64,000 nucleotides of DNA from Sulfolobales archaeon HS-7. Its GTDB lineage: Archaea; Thermoproteota; Thermoprotei_A; Sulfolobales; Sulfolobaceae. The notes beneath the pieces are model-generated. The model made no database searches. It was not told where the DNA came from and was given only the letters and a program-made list of their open reading frames with translations. The translations under genes and the position numbers were made by a program. Numbering within the stretch: the first letter of the stretch is position 1; each line of letters starts with the position of its first letter. The stretch is taken from positions 1,152,001-1,216,000 of the forward strand of contig AP024596.1 of assembly GCA_019704295.1 (NCBI GenBank). Direction: 5' to 3'. Positions 42,745-53,052 of this stretch are shown here, piece by piece.

Positions 42745-43098
42745 ATGAATGAAAATAATCAGGATGTATTGGAGGGCAAAACGGTTGAACTTACAGACGA
42801 TACCTTTGAGAACTTCATAAAGACCCATAAGATAGTAGTAGTGGACTTCTGGGCACCGTGGTGTGCGCCATGCCATATGATCTCCCCTGTACTTGAGGAG
42901 GTAGTGTCAAAATATCCTGGAGTGATCCTAGCTAAGGTCAACGCAGACGACAATCCCAAGGCAAGTTCAACATATTACGTAATGAGTTTACCCACAATCA
43001 TAATCTTTAAGAAAGGAGAACCCGTGGAAAACATAGTGGGCGCGGTTCCGGAGGAAGTAATAGAGGAGAAGCTAAGATGGGTAACCAAAACGCTCTGA
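42745..43098 (+). CDS. trxA: Thioredoxin
   Basis: DFWAPWCAPC. Confidence 0.93.
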   Translation: MNENNQDVLEGKTVELTDDTFENFIKTHKIVVVDFWAPWCAPCHMISPVLEEVVSKYPGVILAKVNADDNPKASSTYYVMSLPTIIIFKKGEPVENIVGAVPEEVIEEKLRWVTKTL

Positions 43099-43676
43099 TG
43101 ATAGGAATAGATGCATTAGACTACGGATACTTCTTAAAGTGCAGACTAAAGGTTCTGTCCACTCTCTTCAATACTGCGTACAGAGGTGTAGTGGAGAACG
43201 AACTGTATATGGATACCGTCGCCTCCTGGAAAAGAGTTCTTAACGTTGGAGATGAAAATCCCTTGATACGCGATCCCAGGATAGAGTTCGCTAACATTCC
43301 GCTCGAGGAAAAAAAGACTATTGGGAAAATCTCAATACCATATGACAAGTCAATTCCCCTTGAAAAAGAACTTGAAATGGTGACGGAATTCGTTTCCAGC
43401 GAAATTGAGGAAAAGGCCCTGGTTGTGGATATAACCGCTATTGGAAGGGGAGCATATGATAGCATTTGCAACGCCTATGAAAAGATCGACTCCTCCTTAA
43501 CGAAGCTGCTAAAGAAGGCAGATAACTTCTTAATCATGTCCCCCTACGGGATCAATCCTAAAGGAACTAGAAATAAGTTCGGCGTGTTCATCTCAACTTT
43601 CCCCCGACCAAAAGAGCACGAAACGGTCAAGATCGAGGAAGTCGGAAAGTTTTTCTTAACCTTAATTCAACCCTAA
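43077..43676 (+). CDS. Uncharacterised protein, degenerate alkaline-phosphatase/phosphodiesterase-like
   Basis: IGIDAL N-terminal motif, YEKID..L and IMSPYG (SDHG position degenerate). Confidence 0.55.
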   Translation: MGNQNALMIGIDALDYGYFLKCRLKVLSTLFNTAYRGVVENELYMDTVASWKRVLNVGDENPLIRDPRIEFANIPLEEKKTIGKISIPYDKSIPLEKELEMVTEFVSSEIEEKALVVDITAIGRGAYDSICNAYEKIDSSLTKLLKKADNFLIMSPYGINPKGTRNKFGVFISTFPRPKEHETVKIEEVGKFFLTLIQP

Positions 43677-43810
43677 TTGAAACTTAAGGAACGAAGCGTT
43701 TTAGATCATTCCTATCTAAATCTAAGGCTGAGAAGAGGTCACAGACAAAACGTCTCCCCTTTTAACCAGTATTATGTTGGTTCCCCTAATCAGTTGAACC
43801 GATTCATTAT

Positions 43811-44512
43811 TTATGACGACCCCCCAGGGGAGTAAAGTGCAACAGTGCCTTGATCTAATACCCTGTACGTGTTCTCCAGTTTCTCTAATCCTTTGGGCAT
43901 CACGAATATCTCGCTAAGTCCTATAACCTCCGTCTTTGCGTCAAAGCCCTTCATTAATAAATATTTAAATTCCAATTCATTAAGAGAAAAGTTTACGTTG
44001 TAATCTGGTTTGATTACATTGGCTTCTCCGGTAAAGTAATCGTATACTATAACGTCGTTACTCACTCTGAGTTCTCTAGGGGAGAAGTTTACCTCTATTC
44101 CTTTACCCTCTTATCACGAGATACCAACCCGTAGCCCTGTTAAATGCCTTTAACGGAACGTTATTGTTATAAGGATCTGCAAATACGTCCCCGAAGGGCG
44201 TTAGAATTTCATCGGAATTGGTACTGTACTGTCGGAAAGGGCTATCCTTTTGATTATTTCCTCCTTTTCCATCCCAGGTATATCCGTAATATACACTATT
44301 CCACCAGATAGCGCCCTCAATATAGCCTGGAACGTAGCGTTATCATCTACTGTCATGAACATGTCGAAGTCTGGTATACCGAAATACCTGAGGTATAGCA
44401 AATTGTAAGTATTAAAAACTGCGTGAAGTTTAGCCATATCCTTTACGTCTTGTTGATAATCCTCCGAAGTCCTGAGTATTTTTGCGGGTTGGAAGGAACT
44501 TAACGATTCCAT
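43811..44512 (-). pseudogene. C-terminal remnant of a Sip1/GH36-related alpha-galactosidase
   Basis: RTSEDY, PDFDMF and RALSGG.VYITD motifs; no N-terminal part; split by stops and frameshifts. Confidence 0.8.
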
Positions 44513-44873
44513 AATTATGGCTCCTATGAAAAATTCAGATCAGTGCTCCATCCAGTTTCACCAGATTTTTATAGGTTAAGGAGAAAAGTATGTTTAGACC
44601 TTTTGAACTAAGAGTACATATATAAAAAGATAGAAGGGTTAAACCTACTAGTAATTTTACAAATTCATGTTTATTAATGAATGTCTCTGTCACTTTTATC
44701 CCGAATTTCTACCTTTATGGAAGATTAAACTAGATCCATCTCTAGAGTCGGTCAAAGAGTGATTTCCTAAATGTTCTCCATATGACATAGTTCAGACTTT
44801 ATTATCTGATAACTCATGATATAGCAAATACACGAAAAGTTTTTTTAAGCCGTATGCGAAAACTCTCTAAGCA

Positions 44874-46622
44874 ATGCGAGTGAGAATTAAGAATATAGGC
44901 GGGTTAAGCAGTCTAGACGTGAAAATAGATAAAGGACTTACTCTGTATAAGGCCCCCAACTCTTACGGGAAAACATCATTAGTTAGGGCTTTGATATCGC
45001 TTTTGACGAGCGAGGTTAAGGCGGAGGATCTCCTAAACGTTTCGGAAGACGAGGGATTAATAGAACTGCACCTGGACGACGACACGTACTTCAGGAAAAT
45101 AGCCAGGCGAGGAAGAAGGATAATGGAGGAGAAGAAGCTATTAATGGACGACAGAAGGGCACTCTACCTATCATTTTTCTCTCCTGAGAATAAGATAGTT
45201 AATCAGATAACGACAGGGAATGAGGACATAGAGTGGTTCCTATCGGAGACCTCTCAAATAAACGCCCTTGCTGCGAAAAGGAATGAACTCGAACAATACC
45301 TTTCCTCCCTGGAGAAGAAACAGGGTGAGTTGATGAGGAAATACAAGGAGTCCTCTCAGGCCATAGATAAAATAAAGGAAATAGAATTGGAAATGGAGAA
45401 AATACAGAATGATATAAAGATGTCCCAGGTAGCGAACAACACTAACGTTGCTCTTCTAGTGACTAAAACGAATAAGATAGAGGACTTGAAACAGAAGATA
45501 AATGCAAGAAAGGAGGAACTTGAAAACACTAGGAAAGTATTTGAGAGGTATAAGGCGAAGGAAAACGAGATAACGCAAAAGATAGACTACAAGTACAAGG
45601 AAACCCTTAAACAGAAATTGAGCGATCTAGTCCAGAGAATAGAGAGTAAGAGTCAACTCATACGGGAAGTTGAGGCTAATGTTTCTTTCCTTAAGAAGAT
45701 ATTAGAGGGTGTGCAGGACGCGCAGAGGAAGCACCTCGAGACGTGTTACTTGTGCGGTACCAACGTTAACCCCGAACACTGGAACGCTAGAATAACCGAA
45801 ATAAGCTCAGAGATAACAAAGGCTAACAGTTCGATTTCGGCAATAAGGATGGAGCTAGACCAGTTACAGAGGGAAAAAGAGGACGCGGAACAGCAGATGT
45901 CCGCAATAGAGAAGGTAGAAAATGAGTTAGAAATCGTTAGAAGTAAGGCTAAGGAAATTGAGAAGAAAATGGAGTTAATACAATCGGACATAGATAACCT
46001 AGAAAGGCAACTCAGAGAAGCTGAGGGAGTCATGCGGAGTAGTATAATGTTCGCAACAACAAGGACTTCCGAACTTAATAGGAAACTGGAAGAACTTGCG
46101 AAGAAGAAGGCGGAAGTAGAGGATGAACTCCTAGAAAACGGTACGCCCGCATCCTTAATGGATGAAATACATGAACTCGACGAGGAGATAAGAAGCGTTA
46201 GGAAGAGAGTTGAGGAAATTACCAACGAGTACGTGAACAGAATAACCTCCGTGAGGGAGAACTTCAATAGGGAAATAGAGAGATTGACTGCGAGTATGGG
46301 TTTCGACTTCCACGCGGAAATTAATGAGAGGTTTAAAATAGTGGTTCGCAGGAAAAACGTTACTTTAGACCTGAGGAAACTCTCTTCATCTGAGAGGGTT
46401 ACAATAGCTCTTGTGGTGGTCGTAGCCGCGATGAAGTCCTACTTCAAGACGCCGTTCTTCATAGTTGACGAAATGTTCATGACTTATGATCAGAAGAGAT
46501 GGGATGCAATATTGAGCTATATCATCACACTAGCTCCCTACGTCATAGTAACGAGATCTGAGGAAAGACCGTCAATCACCTCGGTGAGCTCCGAACCTCA
46601 GGAAGAGATATATCAACAATAG
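44874..46622 (+). CDS. clsN: Archaea-specific SMC-related ATPase, probable coalescin
   Basis: APNSYGKTS Walker A, long coiled coils, central CYLC hook, LSSSE signature, IVDE Walker B; 582 aa. Confidence 0.75.
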   Translation: MRVRIKNIGGLSSLDVKIDKGLTLYKAPNSYGKTSLVRALISLLTSEVKAEDLLNVSEDEGLIELHLDDDTYFRKIARRGRRIMEEKKLLMDDRRALYLSFFSPENKIVNQITTGNEDIEWFLSETSQINALAAKRNELEQYLSSLEKKQGELMRKYKESSQAIDKIKEIELEMEKIQNDIKMSQVANNTNVALLVTKTNKIEDLKQKINARKEELENTRKVFERYKAKENEITQKIDYKYKETLKQKLSDLVQRIESKSQLIREVEANVSFLKKILEGVQDAQRKHLETCYLCGTNVNPEHWNARITEISSEITKANSSISAIRMELDQLQREKEDAEQQMSAIEKVENELEIVRSKAKEIEKKMELIQSDIDNLERQLREAEGVMRSSIMFATTRTSELNRKLEELAKKKAEVEDELLENGTPASLMDEIHELDEEIRSVRKRVEEITNEYVNRITSVRENFNREIERLTASMGFDFHAEINERFKIVVRRKNVTLDLRKLSSSERVTIALVVVVAAMKSYFKTPFFIVDEMFMTYDQKRWDAILSYIITLAPYVIVTRSEERPSITSVSSEPQEEIYQQ

Positions 46623-47091
46623 CAACTCAAAAATAACGCGTTAGTGAACGTTGGCTATTTACATTAGTAGTGACAACATTTGTGAAGCTTCTGAACCTCG
46701 ATTTGAGGAATGGAAACTTTAAAGGCACCACACTTTGCCTCCAACACAGTTATGGGAACAGTGAGGCCAAAACGCTATCTACGTTTAAATCGTAGCAAAT
46801 CGCTATCCTCATCCCTAGAGTTATGCGTTACCCCCACGTAGAAGAAACTAGTGCTAATCTCGGGATTAATGATAATCATGTTTGACAATTATTACCTTTG
46901 GCGCTTCCGCAGAATTCAGGAAACTTTTAAGTTATCCCAAATTACCTCATCAAGTTAGACCGCTGATCGCCCTCAGGGCCTCAAAAACATTAGAGCTGGG
47001 TAAAATCTTCAGTTCCCTCACTTTAATCCCTAAAACTCAGGGACTGTTGTTACTTTGTGAAGTAATATCGGTCATACATTTGATTCCGACA

Positions 47092-48288
47092 TTAACTGAG
47101 ATTTACTGCGTTCTCTCTCTGGCCGATCTCCATCATGGAATCGACCTTTACTGCCTCTGATCTCATGAGGAGAATCAAGAGAAATATAAGGGGGATAGTT
47201 ATAGCAAAAGTATTCCTTATCCCCATTAATTTAACTAAGTAACCCGTTATAAACTGCGTTGCTATTCCCAGAGTCATCATCACGGAGAAGAAAACGCTGT
47301 TTACCGCATTTCTCAATCTGGTATCTATAGTCCTAGTAATGGAAATAATAGAGAAGGGGTATGTGAGTCCATGAGGTATTCCCAGTATGAGTAGTGCAGC
47401 TAAGTACAGAGGTAAGGACTTAGTGAGGAAAATAAGGGATACCCCTATTAAGGTAATTGATGATGAGAAGATCACACCATTCCACAGTTTACTCACTGGC
47501 CTCAATGATATGAGAAACCTGGAGAGAAATGAGGTCAAGAAGAAAACTGAGAAAATGTACATAGTTGAGGAATAACTAGCCCCTAGAGCATCGACGGCAT
47601 AAATCCCTCCGAAAGTAGTAAAGAGCGAGAAGACGACCTCATACGAGGCAATATTATATATTGCCAATCTGAAACCTGGATTCCTAAAAACCTCTTTAAG
47701 GGGGGGAAATATCTCCTTTGTGTCCTCTTTTGGAAACTCAGTAAGTGTTGACATTACCGCTGTAACAAGAGCGAGGGGTATGAAAACAAGGTAGGCCTCC
47801 CTTAAGGTGACGAAGTTCAGAATATATCCCTCAATTATCGGGCCAACAACCAGACTTGCACTCAGGGCTACTGTATAGATAGCGAGCATTCTCTCCCTTT
47901 GCTTTCTATCATCGAGAAGTCCTGCTGAGGTAAGTATGTTAGGCATTATGAATCCCATTATGAATCCCGCAAGACCTGCTATAAGCCAAATCGTATAGGG
48001 ATTTGATAGCCAGAATCCTACGAAGAGGACTGCGTAGATGAAGCTTGAGGCAATGAACACCTTCCTCCTTGTCGAAACACTGAGCCTAGAATTTACGAAA
48101 CCCGAACTTATTAGCGTCGTTAGGGAAACCACTCCCGATATAATTCCTATTAATTCAGGAGAGAAGTTCAAGTCATACTGTGCCAGGAGTGGCGTTGTAG
48201 TTATTAACATATTGTTCGAGGCCCTCATTGCAAAAGTCAATGTAACGATGATTATAACTAATTGGGCAAAGGAGTACTTCTTGACCAT
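47092..48288 (-). CDS. MFS transporter
   Basis: About 12 TM helices in two halves. Confidence 0.85.
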   Translation of the reverse strand: MVKKYSFAQLVIIIVTLTFAMRASNNMLITTTPLLAQYDLNFSPELIGIISGVVSLTTLISSGFVNSRLSVSTRRKVFIASSFIYAVLFVGFWLSNPYTIWLIAGLAGFIMGFIMPNILTSAGLLDDRKQRERMLAIYTVALSASLVVGPIIEGYILNFVTLREAYLVFIPLALVTAVMSTLTEFPKEDTKEIFPPLKEVFRNPGFRLAIYNIASYEVVFSLFTTFGGIYAVDALGASYSSTMYIFSVFFLTSFLSRFLISLRPVSKLWNGVIFSSSITLIGVSLIFLTKSLPLYLAALLILGIPHGLTYPFSIISITRTIDTRLRNAVNSVFFSVMMTLGIATQFITGYLVKLMGIRNTFAITIPLIFLLILLMRSEAVKVDSMMEIGQRENAVNLS

Positions 48289-48334
48289 ACCACAGACTGA
48301 TAGAAGGTAAATAAAAGTTTTATCTTTATAAAGA

Positions 48335-49060
48335 TTATTTTGAATATATTTCGGATTGGACGATTTCAGTTAGTTCCTCATATGAGGAGTTAATCTGGGG
48401 TATTCTCAAACCATTGACGAGCAGGTATTGCGGGGAGTAACCCTGAATTAGCATTGGTGAAAAAAGGTAGCCGTTTACCATGTAAGTGCCGTTTGGTCCA
48501 GTAATAATAAGTACGGTGTTTATATGTGGGGGTTTACCCTCATAGGCGCTAGGGGAGAAGAACGAACCGGCAATCCACTTCTCAGTTGTGTACTCCTTAA
48601 CCAGCAGGTATATTGGGGAAGGAAGTGTCGTCTTTAACTCCACTAGCCCCTCAGTTAATAAGCTCGTTCTCACGGGAGTGTTGCTTGCCGTAGCGTTTAG
48701 GTACTCGTTGTACAGGTAAACGAAAACGAAGTGAACAGAGGAATTCGGCGTAAAGTTGTTGAAGATCAGGGAGGGAGTGTTAGGGGAGAAGGAGTCGTAA
48801 GGGTCGGAAAAACCTAAAGTGTAATTAACTTTTCCAAAGTGAATCATTGTAAAGTAAAGAGGCCAACTTAAGCTCGCCCCTACAGGACACCCTATCCACG
48901 ATATGAAGTAAACGTAAACGCCGGAAGGTGCTAGATCCGCGTTGTTTACCTTGAATAAGGTATTTGCAGGGACCTCAAAAGGGGACAGGATAGTGGGCAG
49001 TATGAGGATTAGGGCAAAGGCGATAGCGAGAATAAAAGGTATAACCCTGGAGAACTTCAG
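48335..49060 (-). CDS. DUF929-like membrane-anchored thioredoxin-fold protein, apparent CTG start
   Basis: Frame extends 71 codons upstream of the listed ATG, adding a TM anchor and SWIGCPVGA..SWPL; bounded by an upstream TAG. Confidence 0.75.
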   Translation of the reverse strand: MKFSRVIPFILAIAFALILILPTILSPFEVPANTLFKVNNADLAPSGVYVYFISWIGCPVGASLSWPLYFTMIHFGKVNYTLGFSDPYDSFSPNTPSLIFNNFTPNSSVHFVFVYLYNEYLNATASNTPVRTSLLTEGLVELKTTLPSPIYLLVKEYTTEKWIAGSFFSPSAYEGKPPHINTVLIITGPNGTYMVNGYLFSPMLIQGYSPQYLLVNGLRIPQINSSYEELTEIVQSEIYSK

Positions 49061-49761
49061 CTCTTCCTACCCCTCAAGGCGGAAATTATCTTGCGTGGAT
49101 CGTTTGTAGTTACGGAATCTGCATACGAAAACCTGTTTAATTCCTCCTCCGAATCCACCGTCCATACACCAAGTTTGATTCCTTCAGTATTGCACACCGT
49201 CTTATCCTCTTCCGTTGCCAAGCTTTTAGAGATGTGGAACCTATTTGCGCGAATTTCCTTTGCTATTCCTATCATCCACCTTGCCTTTCCTATGAAGATC
49301 ATTCCGGTCTCTACGTTACTTACCTCCCTTACCTTAGCTAGTGCATCGTAATCGAAGGACGTTATCTCAATATCCTTATATCCGAATTCGTCAATTAGAG
49401 AGAGGAGTTTCTCCTCAATCCCGGGATAGATCTTATGAGAGTGCTTGATCTCTATTACGTACCGGTAATCTCCAATCGATTCAAAGACCTCTCTTAACGT
49501 GGGGACTTTTTCCGTAATTTTCCCGTAGGTGATCACGGCTCGCTTTATCTCCGTAGCTGTAAAGTCTTTAACCCTCCCTCGAAAATTCGTCGTTCTATTT
49601 AGGGTGTCATCGTGAATTACGAAAATCTCTCCGTCTTTGCTCAAGTGTACATCTAGCTCCACCCCGTCCGCTCCGATTTCCCTTGCTAACTGGAACGACG
49701 TTAAGGTATTCTCCGGGGATTCTGCTGAGGCTCCTCTATGAGCGATAATTGTAGGCTTCAC
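49057..49761 (-). CDS. Glycerophosphodiester phosphodiesterase
   Basis: AHRG, PENT, ELDV, HD.TL.RTT, IEIK and WTV motifs. Confidence 0.93.
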   Translation of the reverse strand: MKPTIIAHRGASAESPENTLTSFQLAREIGADGVELDVHLSKDGEIFVIHDDTLNRTTNFRGRVKDFTATEIKRAVITYGKITEKVPTLREVFESIGDYRYVIEIKHSHKIYPGIEEKLLSLIDEFGYKDIEITSFDYDALAKVREVSNVETGMIFIGKARWMIGIAKEIRANRFHISKSLATEEDKTVCNTEGIKLGVWTVDSEEELNRFSYADSVTTNDPRKIISALRGRKS

Positions 49762-50407
49762 TTATTCATATCCTAGTTCACGAAAATATTTTTTTCCATT
49801 AAATCTTTTAGACGCTCCCTGAGAGTTTTTTTGACATTTTTACTCAACATTAAAGTCTCCATCGGTTTCCGTCGCATTCTTATCGGATCTTCCGTTATCT
49901 TAATGGACAAAAACTTTAATGAACTATTAACTTTTAACTACCGAAACCTAACTCTTTTTACATCAAATAAGTTTTAGGTCGACTAGGAGAGCTATGAATC
50001 AAATCTTACCAAGTAACTACTTCACATGATGCCTCGGTTTTGTAAAAATCGCTGTGTTTCATAACTTTTATAAAAATTATATAAATTTTTATATATTTAT
50101 TTTAAGGTACAGAATAAGATATGATTAAGAGGAATTCCGTAATTTGACTCATATTTTAAAAAAATCTCAAAATATAGAAATTACTATTAAACGTCGCACG
50201 CATTTGCGCCGTTAATGCTTTCATTGCGGATTATAATTTATAAGAAAGTATGAAAAAATACAGTAAATTACTAAGTTTAAATCCCTATGCAGTGATTCCA
50301 CTAGTATTGAATTAAATTTGTTACAGTTACTAAAATAAACTGATTTTTTAAAGGATACGTGAATCACTCCTACGGCTTTCTCGGTAGGAGATAAAACGTA
50401 AATGGAG

Positions 50408-51070
50408 TTAGAGAAGTCCATTATTATAAATTGCAAGTTTAGTAAGCTCATATATTACTTCGATGTTAGTTTCTACGGAGATTTGACAAAAATTAGCTTG
50501 AGTCGGAGAATATCCGTAAAGTAGAAATAGGGACCGGGCAACTAGTTTTGGAATATTATACCTCTTATTTTTCAATTCCTTTTCAATGTGGCTCTGAATA
50601 CCCAAATATATGTAACTCCATGACTGAGCTAAACCGTGCTTATCTAATATTGCACGTATTTGCTGCTCTACATTTTTTCTTTTTTTCCTGTACTGAAGCC
50701 ACTTAGCTGCCCTCTCTAAGTCTTTAGTCTTAATTGCCATTCTATATGCTGCAGATACGTCCTCGTTGGGAGTATTATATGATGCTATGTATATAATGTT
50801 ATTTAGGCCTTGTGTCGATTGTCGCACATCATCCTCTTCTATGCGTCCTCCCTTCAAGCTAAGTAACTTAAAGTGGAGGAATATTAGGATGAATTTGGCC
50901 TGGTCATCGTTAGTGGGCATTGGCTCGATTCTTAATGTCTGCCCGTCGAATACTATTCTACATTGGGAAAAAGGTTCTGCGAATTCGTATTTTTGATGAC
51001 CGCCATTCCTCATTATGGTCTCTACCTCGTTCCTGTATTTTTCTATGTATTTTTGTATCTTTTCCGTCAT
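50408..51070 (-). CDS. Uncharacterised protein; C-terminal half resembles the SIRV2-fold viral capsid domain
   Basis: 220 aa ORF starting directly after the nuclease stop (TAA ATG); capsid similarity is by eye only. Confidence 0.55.
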   Translation of the reverse strand: MTEKIQKYIEKYRNEVETIMRNGGHQKYEFAEPFSQCRIVFDGQTLRIEPMPTNDDQAKFILIFLHFKLLSLKGGRIEEDDVRQSTQGLNNIIYIASYNTPNEDVSAAYRMAIKTKDLERAAKWLQYRKKRKNVEQQIRAILDKHGLAQSWSYIYLGIQSHIEKELKNKRYNIPKLVARSLFLLYGYSPTQANFCQISVETNIEVIYELTKLAIYNNGLL

Positions 51071-52015
51071 TTACCTACACCTAGAACTTATTTTATCAAT
51101 AAAATTATTTAAATCATCATTATTTTCCAAATACTTAATACCTCCTTTTCTTATTAACGTAACTTTAACTTTAGAGTTCGTCCTACCGGTATTATCAACT
51201 ATGTTCAATTCTACGGCATCATCCCTTGGGTTAACAGCAACACCGTAAGGTACTTTAAATTTCTTTCGATTGCTTAGTAATTCTATGTATTTAAATAATT
51301 GAATCCAATCGACGCTTTTAAATTTGAGCCTTTTTACTTCAATAGGTATATAACAATTTCCTACTTGCAACAAAGTATCTATCTTACCTTCGATTGATCT
51401 CCCGACTTCCATGAAGTTAGCAATCTCATATTCCGGGTAAACATTAAGATTGTATTCCATTAAGAGCCTGGCTAGCTCGTATTGATAAAACGCCTCATTA
51501 TCTAACCCGTAACTTTTCGCGTCGATTTTCCCCTTAGTCTCGCTAGATATAATTTTAAAGATGTCCCTGATTATACCTTCCAAATCGTTTGGAGATTGCA
51601 CGGGTAATATGCCCATGGGTATTACAGGGTTAATATATTTCAGGCATTCATAATCAAACTCATTCTTGAAAAGGAGGACATTAATATTATACGAGGCTTG
51701 ATACCTATAAGAAATTGCAAATACACCGTAAAAGGAAGGTTGTACCTGTGAAGAATACTCGACAATTTGATCTAAGGCAGGTGTCTCTGTGCGACTTTCC
51801 TTAAATTCCAATAATAACCTTAAATTCAAGTCGGAGTCCGCCAATGCGAAATCTGCCCTTTTACGCTTAATAGGCATTTCAAGCATAGGAGTAAGATACT
51901 CTACATTATTAATTATGAAATTATTCGAAATAAGTAACTTCATTACTTGAGAATAGAACATTAGTTTACCTAAACTTTCCAGATTCGGGCCTGAAGAATC
52001 CTCGACTATGGCCAT
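51071..52015 (-). CDS. Protein with two tandem PD-(D/E)XK nuclease domains
   Basis: RADF..LEFKE..QIVEY and E..YQ..PEY..KIDT..IEVKR..QLFKY. Confidence 0.78.
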   Translation of the reverse strand: MAIVEDSSGPNLESLGKLMFYSQVMKLLISNNFIINNVEYLTPMLEMPIKRKRADFALADSDLNLRLLLEFKESRTETPALDQIVEYSSQVQPSFYGVFAISYRYQASYNINVLLFKNEFDYECLKYINPVIPMGILPVQSPNDLEGIIRDIFKIISSETKGKIDAKSYGLDNEAFYQYELARLLMEYNLNVYPEYEIANFMEVGRSIEGKIDTLLQVGNCYIPIEVKRLKFKSVDWIQLFKYIELLSNRKKFKVPYGVAVNPRDDAVELNIVDNTGRTNSKVKVTLIRKGGIKYLENNDDLNNFIDKISSRCR

Positions 52016-52322
52016 ATTAAGTATTATTTTTATAAAGAATAAAATAATTAACTAATAAGATAGTCCAGGCGATTAAGGTCTATTTTATTAACTACAATCA
52101 ACAGATAAGATGGATACAATAAAGTAAACTGTAGAGCAAACTATAGAGCGTAATTCCCCTAATTTGCCAATTCGAGGGTGTCGTTTACGTCTCCCTGGCG
52201 GGTTATAGAATTCTCCGCTAAATTAATATATTTTAGTAAATAATAATTTAAATATATATTCAAATAATAGGAGAAATTGGAGTACCTATAATGTTATTAC
52301 AAATATGAGAGGGGTTTACAGG

Positions 52323-52586
52323 TTATACGTGAGGGAAATGGTTGTGATTTACAAAATCCTTCAAGGGGCAGAATAGACCAAAACTCCTCCTTTCAACAAG
52401 GGAATTGAATGACTTCACAAGGTTGTTGTTTTTAGCCACTTCGCCTATAGCGAAAAGGCAGTTGAGCACATCGTTTTTGTCTACAGAGGGATTTCCATCT
52501 TTAGGGTGAGGGACGAACTTGTTTAACTCCTTCATCTCGCTCACGTTAAGCTTCAAGTGGACAACATAGTATCTCTCAACCCTCAT
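52323..52586 (-). CDS. Small hypothetical protein or gene remnant
   Basis: 87 aa ORF with ATGA overlap to an upstream 63 aa ORF; no recognisable motif. Confidence 0.3.
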   Translation of the reverse strand: MRVERYYVVHLKLNVSEMKELNKFVPHPKDGNPSVDKNDVLNCLFAIGEVAKNNNLVKSFNSLVERRSFGLFCPLKDFVNHNHFPHV

Positions 52587-53052
52587 TCTAGAGGTGCAAA
52601 TAGCAGACTGTAAGGCAGTACAGTCCTCAAGTGTACTCGCTTTCTCCGTACAGAGTCAGATAAAGTCTTCAATTTCGTGTGATCTCCATAAAGTATTATC
52701 CTATCATAGAATTCTCGTGTTATTCCTAACAAAAATTTAGATTTTAAACTTAAACTTAATTTTACGTCGTACACTGTAATGTACTTTCTACAAGTAAATA
52801 AACTGAAATTTTACATCGGATAACTAACTAATTTAGCTTCCGATGAAGGAGTTTTGTAACTTCTACTAATTATTTGTGTTATTCACGTTTAACACAACCC
52901 TTATGCATCTCGTGAACTAAACGCTCAGAGGAAAACTGTCCCAATAATTATGTGGGTGAGACTATCAGAGTTGTGAACCCCCACGTAGAGAATTATACCT
53001 TAAGATCCTAAGTTGAGGATAAAGATTTAACTTATTGCAAAGAGTTATCGTC

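Noticed and set aside
46829-46843. ACCCCCACGTAGA shared with ~52977-52989
   Set aside because: 13 bp match with no flanking similarity
49800-52800. Provirus or integrated element around the capsid-like gene
   Set aside because: No integrase, att repeat, tRNA or other viral gene visible
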